A DNA stretch of 64,000 nucleotides, taken from Stegostoma tigrinum. Its lineage: Eukaryota. Within the stretch, counting starts at the first letter, position 1, and every line of letters begins with the position of its first letter. Position numbers and translations under genes: made by a program. Of the stretch, positions 25,001 to 38,052 are shown in pieces. The stretch lies in the NCBI RefSeq assembly GCF_030684315.1, contig NC_081356.1:26561197-26625196 (forward strand), given 5' to 3'. The notes beneath the pieces were generated by a model. It ran no database searches and was not told where the DNA came from. It saw only the letters and a program-made list of their open reading frames with translations.

Positions 25001-25140
25001 TGATCTTAATTCCAGACTTTCTTACTTGAATCAAATTCTAGCATCTACTGTGGTGGGATTTGAACCCAAATCCCCAGAAGATTAGCAGAGTTTCTGGATT
25101 AATAGTCTAGTGATGATACCACTAGGCTATCGCCTACCCT
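22044..25140 (-). mobile_element. apparently full-length, decayed CR1/Jockey-group LINE with tRNA-like 5' head and a single EN-RT ORF
   Basis: APE remnants (LLTNI*GLVPK, PDIVIFT, TIPGY, DH) from ~24730; RT remnants (KATGPD, PVHKK, NYCPISL, QFGF); 3' tail with A-rich end at ~22045-22060. Pol III A/B-box-like head at 25045-25140; possible AAGTTT TSD. Confidence 0.8.
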
Positions 25141-26049
25141 AAGTTTCAAGAAAATTAATCCAGGCAATTTCTTCATTACCACAAAAAAAGTTCACAAAAA
25201 GAAGTTTTTGACTCCTCCTTCCAACTTGTTAGTCTTAAAATTTGTTCATGTACCATGAATGTCACTGACTAAGCCAGAATTTATCCCTAAACAGCATTTC
25301 CCCCAAACTGCCCTACAGAAGTTGGAAGTGAGCTGCATTCTTGTGCCACTTCAATCCATGTTGTTAGGTACACCCACAACGCTATTGGGAAGAGAATTTC
25401 AGGATTTTGATCAGTAACAATGAAGAAACAGTGATATAGTTCCAAGCAAGGATGGTAGGTCACTGGGATGGAACTTGCAATTGGTGGCATTGCTATACAT
25501 CTGCTGCAGTTGTCCTTCATGTTGTAGAGATTAGAGGTCTGGGGCAAGTTGTTGCAGTGCAACTGATAGATAGTATATACTGCTGCCATTGTGTCACTGG
25601 TGAAGGGAGTGAAGGCTGAAGGGTGCCCATCAGCATACTGCTTTTTCCTGGATGTTGTCAATCTTGAGCATTGTAGGAGGTGCAATTACCCAATCACTTT
25701 TCGCCCAAACAGCCTTGGTTTATTCTCCAACTTCTTCACCTTCCCAAAGCAAGTACAGTTGGATTTGTATCAGAGCCCTGGCCTGAGCTGCTCAGCTTTG
25801 AAAGAAACAAGAGAGACTAACATCACAGGAAAATCGTGAGTTGCTTGGCAGTGCAGCAGCTGCAGTGAGGGACTGTGTTGTCATCCCCTGTAAATCTTGA
25901 AAAATGTAAGTTTCTAAAGCAGCACAGGGAAAGAAAGAATTTATGGACAAAGGAAAGTGAATGGACCTGGTCAGCAAGACCAACTTATTTTTACTTTCTA
26001 TTAGTCTATAATTTAGAGTTTAGTTAATAGGACTGAAGAAAAATATAGA

Positions 26050-28180
26050 AATTGCAAGGAGTTACTTAAAAAGAAATGATGAGTGAAGAGGGGCATGCAA
26101 AAACCACAGGACCTAAAATGAAGGAAAATCCAAAAAGTGCTTTCTATTTTAGGGATGAGATGATAACCAGACAAAGAATAGTGTCTGTTAGAGACCACAA
26201 GTGGCCAACTGTGCGCATAGCCCAAATATGGAAGTGAAGTTTTAAATTAATTCTTTGTTGTAAAATCTGATGCAAAGTAAGAAAGAAATAGAAATCAGGG
26301 ATGACTGTCACTGAGCAAATTAGTATTGAAAGAGAGAGAAAGTACTGGTGGTTTTAGCGGTTTCAAAATTGGACAAATCCCTGGACCCAGATGAGGAATA
26401 TCCCAGATTGATACGGAAAGCAAGAAGAAATTACAAGGGCCTGGATATTAATTTTCAAACCCTCTCTGGGCACAGGAGAGGTGCCAGAAGACTGGAGGAC
26501 AATTAATGTGGTACCATCATTCAAAAAGAGTGGTAGAGATAAACAAGGGAACTATACGCCAGTGAGTATACCATCAGTGGTAGTGTAAAGTTTGGAACAA
26601 ATTCTGCGAAGCAGAATTAACCTCTACTTGGACAGACAAGGATTAATCAATGATAGTCAGCATGGCTTTGTTAGGGAAATGCATGTCTGACAGGTGTGAT
26701 TGAGTTTTTCCAAGGAGTTAATTAGATGAGTGGATGAGAGTGGTGTAGCAATATAGGGACTCTGGGAAGGCTTTAGACAAGATGTTATGTGGGAGACCGG
26801 TCAAGATGGTAAGAGGTAATGTATTCAGGGAAATTTTTATTCAAAGGTGACTTAGTGGCAGGAGGCAGAGGGGTCATGGCCAAAGGCTGTTTTTTGTGAC
26901 TGGAAGTCAGTAATCAATGATAATACTGCAAAACTCGCTGCTGGGTCCCATATTGCTTTAGGGTATAATAATGATCTGAAAGCAAACACAGGAGGTTTCA
27001 TCAGTAAGACTACAGATGAAATGAAAATTGCTGGTGTGGTAAATAGTGAAGAAAAAGCCTTAGGCTACAGGATGATATAGACAGGTTGCTCATATTACTG
27101 GAACAGTAGCAAATGTTACTTAATCTTGAAAAGCATATGAAATAATCCATTTTGGGAGGATTACATGGCAGTATGTAATGAATTATTAAGACCCTAGGAA
27201 GTAGAGGATCAAGGGATCTTGATATGGTTGTCCATAGATCCTTGAAGGCAATTGGACAGGTGGATAAGGTAATTTACAAGGCAAATGGGATACTGGCCTT
27301 AAATTAGTTGAGGTACTGAATACAATAGCAAGTAGGTTATGACAGTGCTGTATAAGATGCTAGTTAGATCATAGCTAGAGTATGGTGTGCAGGTCTGGTT
27401 TCCATACCATTAGGTAGGATGTGATTGCACTAAAGAGGGTGCAAGAAAAATTCACCAGGATACGGGTGGCACAGTGGTTAGCACTGCAGCCTCACAGCAC
27501 CAGGGACCCAGGTTCGGGTGACTGTCTGTGTGGAGTTTGCACATTCTCCCCGTGTCTGTGGGGGTTTCCTCTGGGTCCTCCGGTTTCCTCCCACAGTCCG
27601 AAGATGTGTAGGCTAGGTGGATCGGCCATACTAAATTACCCATAGTGTTCAGAGGTGTGTGGGTTAGAGGGGAGATGGGTCTGGGTGGGATGCTTCAAGG
27701 GGGGGGGGTTGTGGACTTGTTGGGCCAAAGGGCCTGTTTCCACACTGTAGGGAACCTACTCTAATATTGTCTGTGCTGGAGTGTTTCAGCTACGAAAAAG
27801 GAACTAGACAGGTGGAGACTGTTTTCCTGAAAAGAGAGAAACTGAGCAGCACCCCAATTGCATTGTACAAAATTGAGGGCATATAGATAAGAAACTTTTC
27901 TCCTTAGTGGAAGGGTCAATAACCAGAAGGGCATAGATATAAGGTAACGGGCAGCACATTTAAAGGAGAATGGGTAGCAGGCATTTGGAACACAGTGCCT
28001 CAAAAGGTGGTATAAGTAGGAACCACAACATTTAAATATATTTAGGTGAACACTTGAAACATCACAGAACACAAAGCTACAGACCAATTACTGGAAAACG
28101 AGACTAAAATGCTTTATGACCACCATGGACATGAAGCCAAAGGGCCTTTTTCTGTGCTATAGAGCTCTATAACTCCGTGA
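26050..28180 (+). mobile_element. degenerate CR1 LINE, interrupted by a SINE at 27463-27762
   Basis: PGPD, GTGCCAGAAGACTGGAGG, CAGCATGGCTTTG and ALKRVQEKFTR remnants, plus a CR1 3' tail. Confidence 0.82.
27463..27762 (+). mobile_element. tRNA-derived V-SINE (HE1-like); older copy at ~47305-47615 (+)
   Basis: GGTGGCACAGTGGTTAGCACTGCAGCCTCACAGC head, V-domain TGTGTGGAGTTTGCACATTCTCCCCGTGTCT, and the same tail as the SINE at 641-944. Confidence 0.88.
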
Positions 28181-28922
28181 TTCCAGGTTATGATGCATTC
28201 CAAAGGGAATTGCTACCTAATGCATCCATATAAGGAAGGAGTTGATCTGTGTAGAAATCTTGAAACCAACAAAAATTCTTTACGATTTGTCACATCACTC
28301 CATGTAGACTTCTGCATCTTAAATAACTACAGACAGCTGCAAACACTTGTAAAATCTATCAACAGCTGGAAGAAAATTAGCCAGTAGCTAATCTGCAAAT
28401 AGTTGCTGATCCAATTAAGTAGTGATAGTGAGGGATTAGGTAGTCTTTTCCTCTGCTAAAATTGTGTTCAGCAATTGGAGATTAAGGGCAGTCATTAGCT
28501 AGAATTTTGAGTTCCAAAATGGAGCTGCTCTTAGTATGATCTGTCTGCCTTGCCTACTCTGGACAGCGGGTGCTGTGCACTAATACCCTCATAAATATGA
28601 AGCCCACAATTTATTTTCCCCAGAACGTGTGCACATAGGCTTTGAATGCCATGCACACATCCAAATCCCTCACAAAATCTCAACTTCGCATGTGCAACAA
28701 GGGCGGGGGTGGCGCAACTAGCATATACTAGATATTGTAGAATTTTAATTTCTCTGTTCTCCAACTCTATGTTTTGATTATGTAAATATTTTAAAAGACA
28801 AGTTAATAAATCTGTTTTAAAAAATGCTCATCAGTGCCAAGGATTCATAAATAGGAAAACAGAGAGCAAAACTAAGAAATGCCAATCTTACAAATGATTA
28901 CTTAGGGGTAGTACTTAGATTT

Positions 28923-29005
28923 CTGAAAGGGGGTCTAGGCCCGAAATGTCAGCCTTCCTGCTCCTCTGATGCTGCTTGGCCTGCTGTGTTCATCCAGCTC
29001 TATAC
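28923..29005 (+). mobile_element. solo Penelope-like pseudo-LTR fragment with decayed hammerhead; similar fragments at 43321-43408 (-, ATATAGCT TSD), ~44660-44765 (-), ~45495-45590 (+), 56537-56638 (+), ~61690-61790 (-)
   Basis: CTGA..GGGTCTAGGCCCGAAA.GTCAG followed by GATGCTGCTTGGCCTGCTGTGTTCATCCAGC, matching the 3' end of the PLE at 62810-64000. Confidence 0.75.
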
Positions 29006-29490
29006 CCAATCATTGCTTATGGCTTCTAAATATTTGAAATAAAGCCTAAGTTAGTGAGAATGTCAAGGCCATGAGGATGACAGCATTCACAAAGACGACC
29101 CCAGAAAATAGAGAAATCCAAGAGGAAATCCCATACTGTTTGCAATCATGCATGTGTTGAAGATTATTAACACTGTAGTACTAACACTGGTCTGTGTTTT
29201 GGTAACTACAGGGTATAAATTTACCAGTAAAAGGTGTGAAGGAAGAGATTAGGAGAACTAAATAATGCAGGGATATCAGGATATTGAAGGGCACTTCAGT
29301 AACTGCTATGGATGTAAAATTCATTCTTTAAAAAAAAGGCATAGGATTAATACCCAAACACAACATAAATGTTATTTGGGATCACAAGGTAACTCTTCCA
29401 GCTAGACTGCACAGATGAGGTGGACCAAATTGTTTCCTTACTTTTAAATGAGCCACTAACAGTCATTATATATTTATTTTCCACACTTAC

Positions 29491-29647
29491 CAAATTATGG
29501 AAGCCAGTATTATATTTCTGTTGTTTGTGAAAGGTTCAATGGGAGGTTCACCTAGAAGTGCAGATGCCAGAATTGCTCCACCAAAGCAGCAAAGCATACC
29601 ACTGAACCAACATGCAATTGGACTGCGATGTGCTACATCTACTGCTC
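29491..29647 (-). CDS. TMEM38B: TMEM38B coding exon 2
   Basis: Not in the ORF track; translated by hand. Acceptor TTGCAG|, 157 nt, (G)AVDVAHRSPIACWFSGMLCCFGGAILASALLGEPPIEPFTNNRNIILASII(W), donor TG|GTAAG. Phases match exons 1 and 3. Confidence 0.93.
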
Positions 29648-31892
29648 CTGCAACATGGAATATTGAAACAATTCTTTTTAGGATAAACTTAAATAATAAA
29701 GTACAACATTAGTTCAAAGTAGTCTGTTTCAATGACTGATCAATAATTTGTATAATTTTCTATGCCTATCATGGCTAAAGAAAGTGATATATTTGCTGTC
29801 ATTTTCCTAGCAAAAATTCACCAACATTGGGAGACATTTTAATGTTTGTACAAAGAAATATATCAGCAAATATTGGGGAATTTTGTACAGGCAAAAATGA
29901 TTAGAATTAACTCCAGGAATACAGGTGCCCTCAAGTTGTAACTTCTTTGGAACAAGAGGTGTCAACACAAAATGATACCTATATAAATGCATGGAAAATT
30001 TCAATTTTTGACACTAGCTCAAAAGGTAAAGCTAACCACAGACAGAGGCAGAAGATATCTCCCTTTGCTCTGCCTCAGCAGCGTTCTTGTAACCAACTTC
30101 TCATTATAGTTTAAAATAAAACTTAACACAGTAGTGTTTATATTTTATATTTCCTACAATCTACCTTTGAGGTCTCAGTCAGATTAGCAAAATATTCTGG
30201 AAAATTATGCACTAAGACATACTTTACCTAGGTCCATTCAACCAAAAGGTAATTTCTGCACAACTATTAAAAAAAAATCCAAATCAAATCTCAGATTAAA
30301 AGGCAAATCAATTGCGCTTTTATTACTCTCTATTGTAATGAGAGTTTGCCTAATACTTCAGAAAATAAAATCACTATTATTCAAATGTTAAAACTTGTAA
30401 ATTCTGTTATTTATTAAATAAATTTATAAAAATATTAATGGACCATTCTATTCTATATAGTGTGGTAGGAAAACATTCCTCAGTATGAGGATAGAGTGAT
30501 CTTCATGACTTTCTCATGTTCAATTGCCTTCTTCATTTACTATGTCAGGTTCAGAAAGAGTATTGACAGTCTCAATAACCGCACAATTTACACACTCATA
30601 TTATTAAACAAATGCCCACAAATGCTCTATCATACAGTGCTATACCCTCCAAACTTTCCACTGATGAAAGCTACTATCAATGCCTATATTTTTAGACAAC
30701 TGTGGATGAAATCTTATACGGGTGTGAATAGCATGGGCTATAATGAGAAATGTGTCAGAAGCAGGTGAGAAGGCCAGCAATGATTTCAGGAACAACTTGC
30801 TGCATCTTTTAAATAAGTTCCAGAGGTTGAGATAAGATCCTTGTGAGCCAATTGAGAGTGGTCTTTTAAAAACAGAGGTTATTGCTCACTAACAACCAAA
30901 TCAACAGCACATCCCACCTTACTAATGTGCAGCTTCCGATCCTAACATCCGCGGCGAGTAAACTAGCTGAGAATTCTCAGCATGGATGTTGAACAGGTGC
31001 TTAGCGACTTCATCTCACCGCTGGCCATGGACAGCCTCCAATTTGGTCACCATGCAACAACATTACAGGCACAGTTCATGGGCACAACCACATACACCCG
31101 TTGCCCAATGCAAATTGGCATCTGATATTGGTAAGCCTCTCTGGGTTCTCATGGGAACTCTCCAATTCACTTGCACAGAAAGCACAGTGCTGCACTGCAA
31201 CATGTGCCAGCAACCAGTATTGAAAGGCTTCTGCAAGGATACTTTGTGCACAGGAACATGCACCTCATTCATGGATTGGACCAGGCTGCTTGCTTTCTTC
31301 GCAGCTCTGTCACTTAGTTCCCACCCGATTGCTCCCTCCACCCATGCCTTGCCCTGGTATGCCCTGGCAAGCCATAGTTAAGGAGATGTATATTTTGCTA
31401 TATAGAATGTCAATCGGACTCCTGTACCATGTGCCAGCACCTGACACAGCAAACACACATGTGCAGCAAGCAAGCAGACATGTCTCGAAGTCTTATGAGA
31501 GTACTTCTCACCAAAATCTGCAGACACACCAGTCACAGAGTCCCAGCACAGAAAGTCAAATGCGGCTTCCAATCCCAGTCCAGGGGAATGGGCATAGTCA
31601 GGTGTCCAGTCAAGTTAACATGGTCAGGGCTCCATGCCTATGCAGTTCAGAGCGTGGGTGACAGTCGGTCTTGATGCTCCACAGTAGCCACTGTGCCAGT
31701 GGATGCAGAAGTACATGTAAAATCTATTGTGAATCGGAATAAATACAGCAGTTTAGGCACTTTTCATTTAGAGTCGCTCAGTTAGGTCAATCAAGGGGTG
31801 GACCACATTCAACCCATTGGGTCCTTCCAGAGAAATTAGAGTCACAGTCATACAGCACAGAAACAATTCCTTTGGTCAAACTTGCCCATATC

Positions 31893-32154
31893 AACTGGTG
31901 TCGGTGGGCTTGAAATAGATGTTGGTTTTGAGGCAGTCACCAGAGAGGTCCAGGAAAGAGAGAGAGGTATCAGAGATGGTCCAGGTGAACTTAAAGGTTG
32001 GGATGAAAGGAGTTAGCAAAGGTCATGAACTGAAGAAGGGTCCTGACCCGAAGCATCAACTTTCCTGCTCCTTTGATGCTGCCTGGCCTGTTGTACTCCT
32101 CCAGCTCCACACTGTGTTATCTCTGACTCCAGCATCGGCAGTTCTTACTGTCTC
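31893..32154. mobile_element. PLE RT fragment (-) joined to an inverted pseudo-LTR (+)
   Basis: Minus strand 31893-32030 encodes FANSFHP../KFTWTISDTSLSFLDLS..NIYFKPTD (PLE RT motifs). Plus strand from 32030 reads CTGAAGAAGGGTCCTGACCCGAAGCATC, the pLTR. Confidence 0.75.
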
Positions 32155-35100
32155 AAAGTTGTTTATAGCATGCTATTGATTTTATCTACCACAAGGCAAA
32201 TACTGAAAGAAAAAGACTTGCATTTCTACAGATCCTTTGACAACTTCAGTGTATCCCAAGCCACATTACAATCAAAACATTTGAAAACTATTTCACTGGT
32301 TAACTTAAAATAGGAATTAAAATATTTATGCTGTGCATAGGAAAGTTTTCTTACAAAAAAAGTGATGGATGATCAGATCTTCTGTTTTAAAAATGGTGGT
32401 TGAAGGGACTATATCAGCCAGGACACTGAGACAATGTCCCCAGTAGGATGCATGCTTCACAAGACAGCAAAATTAATGACAGTTCATCAGCCTCCAAGCA
32501 GCATGCTTTAAATTCCTGTCATATGGACCTTGCATTTCCTGTAGATCCATCACAGAAAAAGGAAAGAGGAGGATGGAGGAGATTAGTTACATCCCACTGC
32601 TTCAGTTTTCAGTTTCAGCCACCTGTTCATTTTCCCTCTCCCACACACTCATCCAGGGATGCTCACCAGGGATCAGAGAACTGGAGAAAGGTGAGAAGGA
32701 ATGAAAACCCCAGTCACGGAATATAAGGGAGTAGGATGAGTAAGAATTATGCTCAAGATGTGGAAATCTCAGCAGATGAACCTGCAGTCGGAGGCCTAGG
32801 ACTCTTGTGCCAATCTTCTTCAGCAAATCTAGGGGGAGAAAACAGGGAAATAAGCAGGCCCACTGCCAAAGGAAGGAGACTCAGGAGGTACAAAGTCTAT
32901 GGGATTCACAGGAATAGCTTCTAGGAAGGGAATCTGAATGTTCTAGGAACCTCGGACACATGGGGCAGAGGTTGAAAATCACTATCCCAAGAGCATTTCT
33001 TATGCCTTGTGTCATGCTGGAAATCGAAACTACCAATGGAGGGAAAAAATGGCTGTGACCACATGCAGTTGGTAGGGCAACTGTCTAAACCTAGGAGAGC
33101 AGATTCAAGTGAGACCCTCTAGAGGACATGAAAATTACACACAGGCATACTCTCTACACAGGAAACAGAACTGCTGGTGCCCTAATCCCTGGCAATCATA
33201 ATTCATTAGCTTCATGCATGCTGTACAAGTTCTCGCCCTAAATATCACAGGCCATTTCATTCACACCAACACTTTTGTACACAGAGAACAGGGAATGAAT
33301 ATGGATATTTGTCCATGAGGAACAACGGAGGAAGGGCAACCTAGTGCTCTATATACAACTGGTTCATTCCATTTCCACAGGCTGCAGCAGCCGTTCAAAA
33401 CAGTCAGATTCATGGTACAACCTACATGGACAAGAGGTCATGTATCATGTGGGCACAGTTACACTCAGGGCTATACAAAGATTTAAACAAATAGATATAC
33501 TGCAAAACAAGTAAAATTCAGGCAAACATGATACTTTATATATAGAGTTGTACTGTCACCCGTGCCATGAAAGTACCCTCAGAAAGGATTTTTTTTCTCC
33601 TTCTCAATATGTCTCAGTGTACTCTCTGGTGCCACAGGTACAGTGGAGTCAGTTGGCCTTGAAAGGGCAACCTCAGTACATGCATACGGTTAGCTCAGAC
33701 ATGGTGTGGGTCTTCTTCAGAAGACAGATTGGAGTGAGGACCAATGGCTGAGGCGATGGAGCACCAATAGGTGAGTGCTTCAAGTAGAGCTTGAGGTTGC
33801 TAAACCTGAGTCACCATGGCAGCCAGACAATCGATACTTGAGGAAGTTGGATCCCCATAATGTAGTTGTACTCCTTCAGCCTCTTAATTACGAGGGCCAT
33901 TGTCTCCCACGCACTTGGCTGCCAATCCTGCTCCTCCACATACATGTGGAAGAAGACCCCAATTCACAAAACCACAGGTCCTTCCTTGACAGGATCTGAG
34001 CAGGTGAGTGGTCTCAGCAGTCCTCCAATTGCCAGGTGTGTGGGCTATTTCTTCCTCAACTAACTGCAGAGACGTAGCAGTGAGGTGCTCACCAGCTTAT
34101 GGTCCAATATATTTTGAAAGGTGCGGAGCAATCAGGTTGTCAGTATCTAAGCTGGAGAGGAGTGCAGGAGGCACTCTTCAATGAGGTACTCTTCATCTAA
34201 AAGCCTCAGAACTCAACTTCAGAGGTACCTTCTGTCAGAACAGCCCATTTCCTCTAAGGGATCGTGGGCATCTCTTAAAACTTGCAAGACACAATAGAAA
34301 GAAGGTGTGAAGTGGTATGAAGTAAATGATGCTCACAGCGGGCTTAACGTATGAATTTCAGTGAAATGAAGAATGGTACTTACTCAGTTGGTGGGATATA
34401 GCTTGCTTGGCATTCCTGCAGGAGCAATCCCAACTGTCTCCAGTGAGGGACAGGATTGTCTCTTCATAGTGGGTGAGTGGCCTGACGCCGGGCACCATGG
34501 ATCCTGGCCTTTCTGCAGATTACTATAAAGTGGTGATTATCAGGGAATGGAGATTTGTAGGATGAAGCTAGAATCAAGTAAGAGTGTGATAGGGGTTGGG
34601 CAGATCGGTAATGAGGTGAGTTTGGAAGATACGGCGGGAGATCACACTAGGCCCTCCTGTGAGAAATCATCGGAGAAACTCACCAAAACTAAAAACTTAG
34701 CCAAACAAAACGCTTCAGATTCAGCGAAATAAGACTGCTACATACATTGTACACACTTTTTAAAATATTAACCAAATTGCACATTACTTTCAAAGTTGCC
34801 TGTTTTTTGGAAATCTTCAACCTTTGGATTGGCCACTATTTACTCTAGTTCCATCAGGGTAACAGCAATATGTAAACACCTTTAAAAGGCACTGTCAGCC
34901 CAATAGTCCTCCCTTTTCCCATGTTTCAGAAAAGCAGCTCCCTATCCCACACACACTTACTACAAAGGAAAAAATTCGTGTCATAATTCTATTAGACATG
35001 TATCAAATCACTGCCAAAATATTCTGCACAGTTTTGAACACCTTAAATAAACTTCTATAGCAGCCACAAATACAAAATCTGTTAAACTACCATGAACATT

Positions 35101-36377
35101 CTTTAGCTACTCTGATATATTTTAAAGTCACAGCAATATCCAAGTTAGTCTTTTCTGGTTAAGCAATTAGAATCTCTGGAAGAGTGACAGTACTGCTCTA
35201 CAATTGACTGAGTATGGTACTGGGCAAGCAGAGAAAAACCATAAGATACAATAATTAAAAAAAAATGAACAGGGGAAAACTCTCCATGCATTGACTCATA
35301 ACCAGTACGAAGGAAGATGGTTGTAGTTGCTGGAGGTCAATCACTTCCATACAAAATATTACCCTGAGACTCAGCCTAACCATAATATTAAAGCTGCTTC
35401 ATAAGATCAAGCGTGCGAATATTCGCTGACGATTCTCAGCCAAAACATTTATGTCCATCTCTACCACAACCTGGACAAAATTCAAGTCTGACTGCTGGCG
35501 GCAAGTGACATTTTCCTCCTGAACTGCCAGACAGTGAGAATCTCCAAACAGAATCTAACCATGATAATACTGCCATTGTTAATATCAACAACAAAGAGTT
35601 AGCATTGGACCAGCCATGTAAGTACTATGGTGACAAAACCAGGTCAGAGGCTGGAAATTCTGCATAGAATGGCTAATCTCCTGACTCCCCAAAGCCTGTA
35701 TGCCACCAATACAGTGCTAATCAGGAGTATGACGTACTGCTCTCTACTTGCCTAGATTAGTTGTGCTCCAATGATACTCAAGAATCTCAAACCATCCTGC
35801 TTAATAACACCTCATCCATTATCTTCAATATTCTTCCCTCCATCAATGACATACAATGGCAGCAGTGTGCACCATCTACAAGATGCACTGGAACAACTGA
35901 CCACATCTCATTTGATAACCCTTTCCAAATCCTCGATCTGTATCACCTAAGACAGTACAGGAGACTGATGCAACGGAATAACGCCACTTGCAAGTACACC
36001 TCCAAGCCATACCAACCTGACTTGGAACTGTTACTATGTCAAAACTCTGGAACTCCATCCCTAACAGCACTGAGAGTGTAGCTATATCAGAAACACGGTA
36101 GTTCAAGAAGGCAACTTACCATCATCTTACAAGGAAATCAGATGCTGGCCTATTTGTGAAAAAAAACCCCTCATGTTTATACTTGCAGAATATGCAAAGT
36201 ACTTTTGTATTATAATAGAATTAACATTAAACTTGTTACTCTTTAGTTTAATAACTGCTCATCAGTGACTGAAGCTTTACTGTTTTTGCAATTTATGTAC
36301 CTAGTTGAGAAGAAAGGAGTTCAGATAGCTGCTGTTTCAGGCAATGGTGAGCCTAATAATCATTTGTTAAGCAGCAG

Positions 36378-36392
36378 AGCGCCATCTATTGG
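36378..36392 (-). promoter_or_regulatory. candidate CTCF-binding site in intron 1
   Basis: Minus strand reads CCAATAGATGGCGCT, close to the CTCF core CCASYAGRKGGCRS, in non-repetitive sequence with the CpG retained. Confidence 0.5.
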
Positions 36393-37834
36393 TATCGAGA
36401 CACTTCCCATTATATTATGGGGCTACTAAATAAAATGACATACAATTGAAAAATTATGAAATTAATAAAACTAAATTAAATTAAAAGTATTCCAGTAATA
36501 AATAAGGAGTTAGAACATAGCCAGTATGTAAATCATTTTCCCGATCATTTTCAATTACTCCACTAATTCTAGTTTTTAAAAAATCCTTCAGCATAAAATA
36601 CTTTATTGTCGATTCTTTTGTCTCTTCTAATTTCATCTTTCATTCTCTATTTCACTTTCAATACTTGATTTAACACAAAATACTCTAACACTTCCTGGTT
36701 CAAACTCATTAGCTAATTAGCCATTCTTAAATTGACTGGCTAAGAAAATACAGTGATTTGCCCTGTTCAGACAGATTGCAGATGCTCTGTAGATGGCATC
36801 ATGCCATTTGGATGTTCCACTAATGGCAAATTGCCACACAAAGCCCTATAGTAAGTCTCTGGGCAATTACAAAACTAGCAGATGGCACAGTTCACACTAA
36901 AAATCCAGTCCAATGAATTAAAATACTCCTTCTGCCCACCCATTTCACCCTCATTCCTTACAAAAATTACAAGGACCTTGTGGGAATCTATCTTTAAGAT
37001 AACTACACATTCAGATGCCACTATTAATTCTGTTCCCTATTAATCAAATCTCTCCCATCGTCACCCTGAAATCTCGTCTCTCTAATCTTGCTCTATCTTT
37101 CTTCATTACTTCTCCAAGTTCATTTTATTTGAAACATTTGTTCATTGGCCTCATTCCCAATAAATCGTTAACCACCCTTCATGATCCTCATATGATCTTA
37201 GTATTGAAAACATTTGCTTTTCTTCAAGTACTGCTCCCCAAAATTGTCATCATCAATCCTTCTTACACGCTGACACCACAGCCTATACATCCTTGCCACC
37301 GATTCCAATTCCCTCTATAGACACACGCTGGCTCAACCAGTTTGAACCCAGATGTCCTGCCAACCCCAAATTCACTGCATCATATAATCCACTTGTTCAC
37401 TCCTCTATGCCATTGTCCTCAGAGTGTCTGCTGCTGAAATCTTCATCCACTCCTTTGCGACCTCCAGGCTCAGTTATTCTAATAATCTTCCAGCCACATT
37501 CAAATTTTTCTCTCTGACTTCAGCTCAACTAAAACTTCTCACCTATCCTATTATAACTCCCACTCACTCAATATTGCCACCTTAAATTGACTCCCACTTC
37601 CTCATTGTAGAACTTAAATATCAGTCTTCTTACTCTAAAATCTCCTCCTGCCCTACAACAGTCATGCTCCCAAACTCTCCATTCCTGCATCTCTGGCCGA
37701 TAGAGTATCCCCTTCTTTTCACATCATTATTGATGATCAAATTTCAATTACTAGACCCTAGTGTGGACAATATTCCTTAAACTCATAGGCCTTTCCTCCT
37801 CTCACCTTCTTTAAAAGGGATTCTTCAAAATCCA

Positions 37835-38052
37835 GAGACAACACAGTATGGAGCTGGAGGAACACAGCAGGCTAGGCATCATTAGAGGAACAGGCAAGTT
37901 GATGTTTCGTGTTGGGACCCTTCTTTTTGCTGAAGCAGGGTCCCGACCCAAAACGTCAACTTTCCTGTTCTTCTGATGCTGCCTGGCCTGCAGTGTTCCT
38001 CCAGCTCCATACGGTGTTGTCTGACTCCAGCATCTGCAGTTTCTCCTATCGC
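37835..38052. mobile_element. ORF-less PLE-derived insert made of two inverted pLTRs, 14-bp TSD
   Basis: TTCTTCAAAATCCA at 37821-37834 and 38053-38066. Arms ~37835-37925 and ~37930-38022 are diverged reverse complements. Confidence 0.85.

Noticed and set aside
30735-34705. Possible decayed Harbinger-type DNA transposon sequence (also ~59100-60730)
   Set aside because: Composition suggests an old repeat, but I could not recover convincing transposase motifs or matching TIRs by eye.
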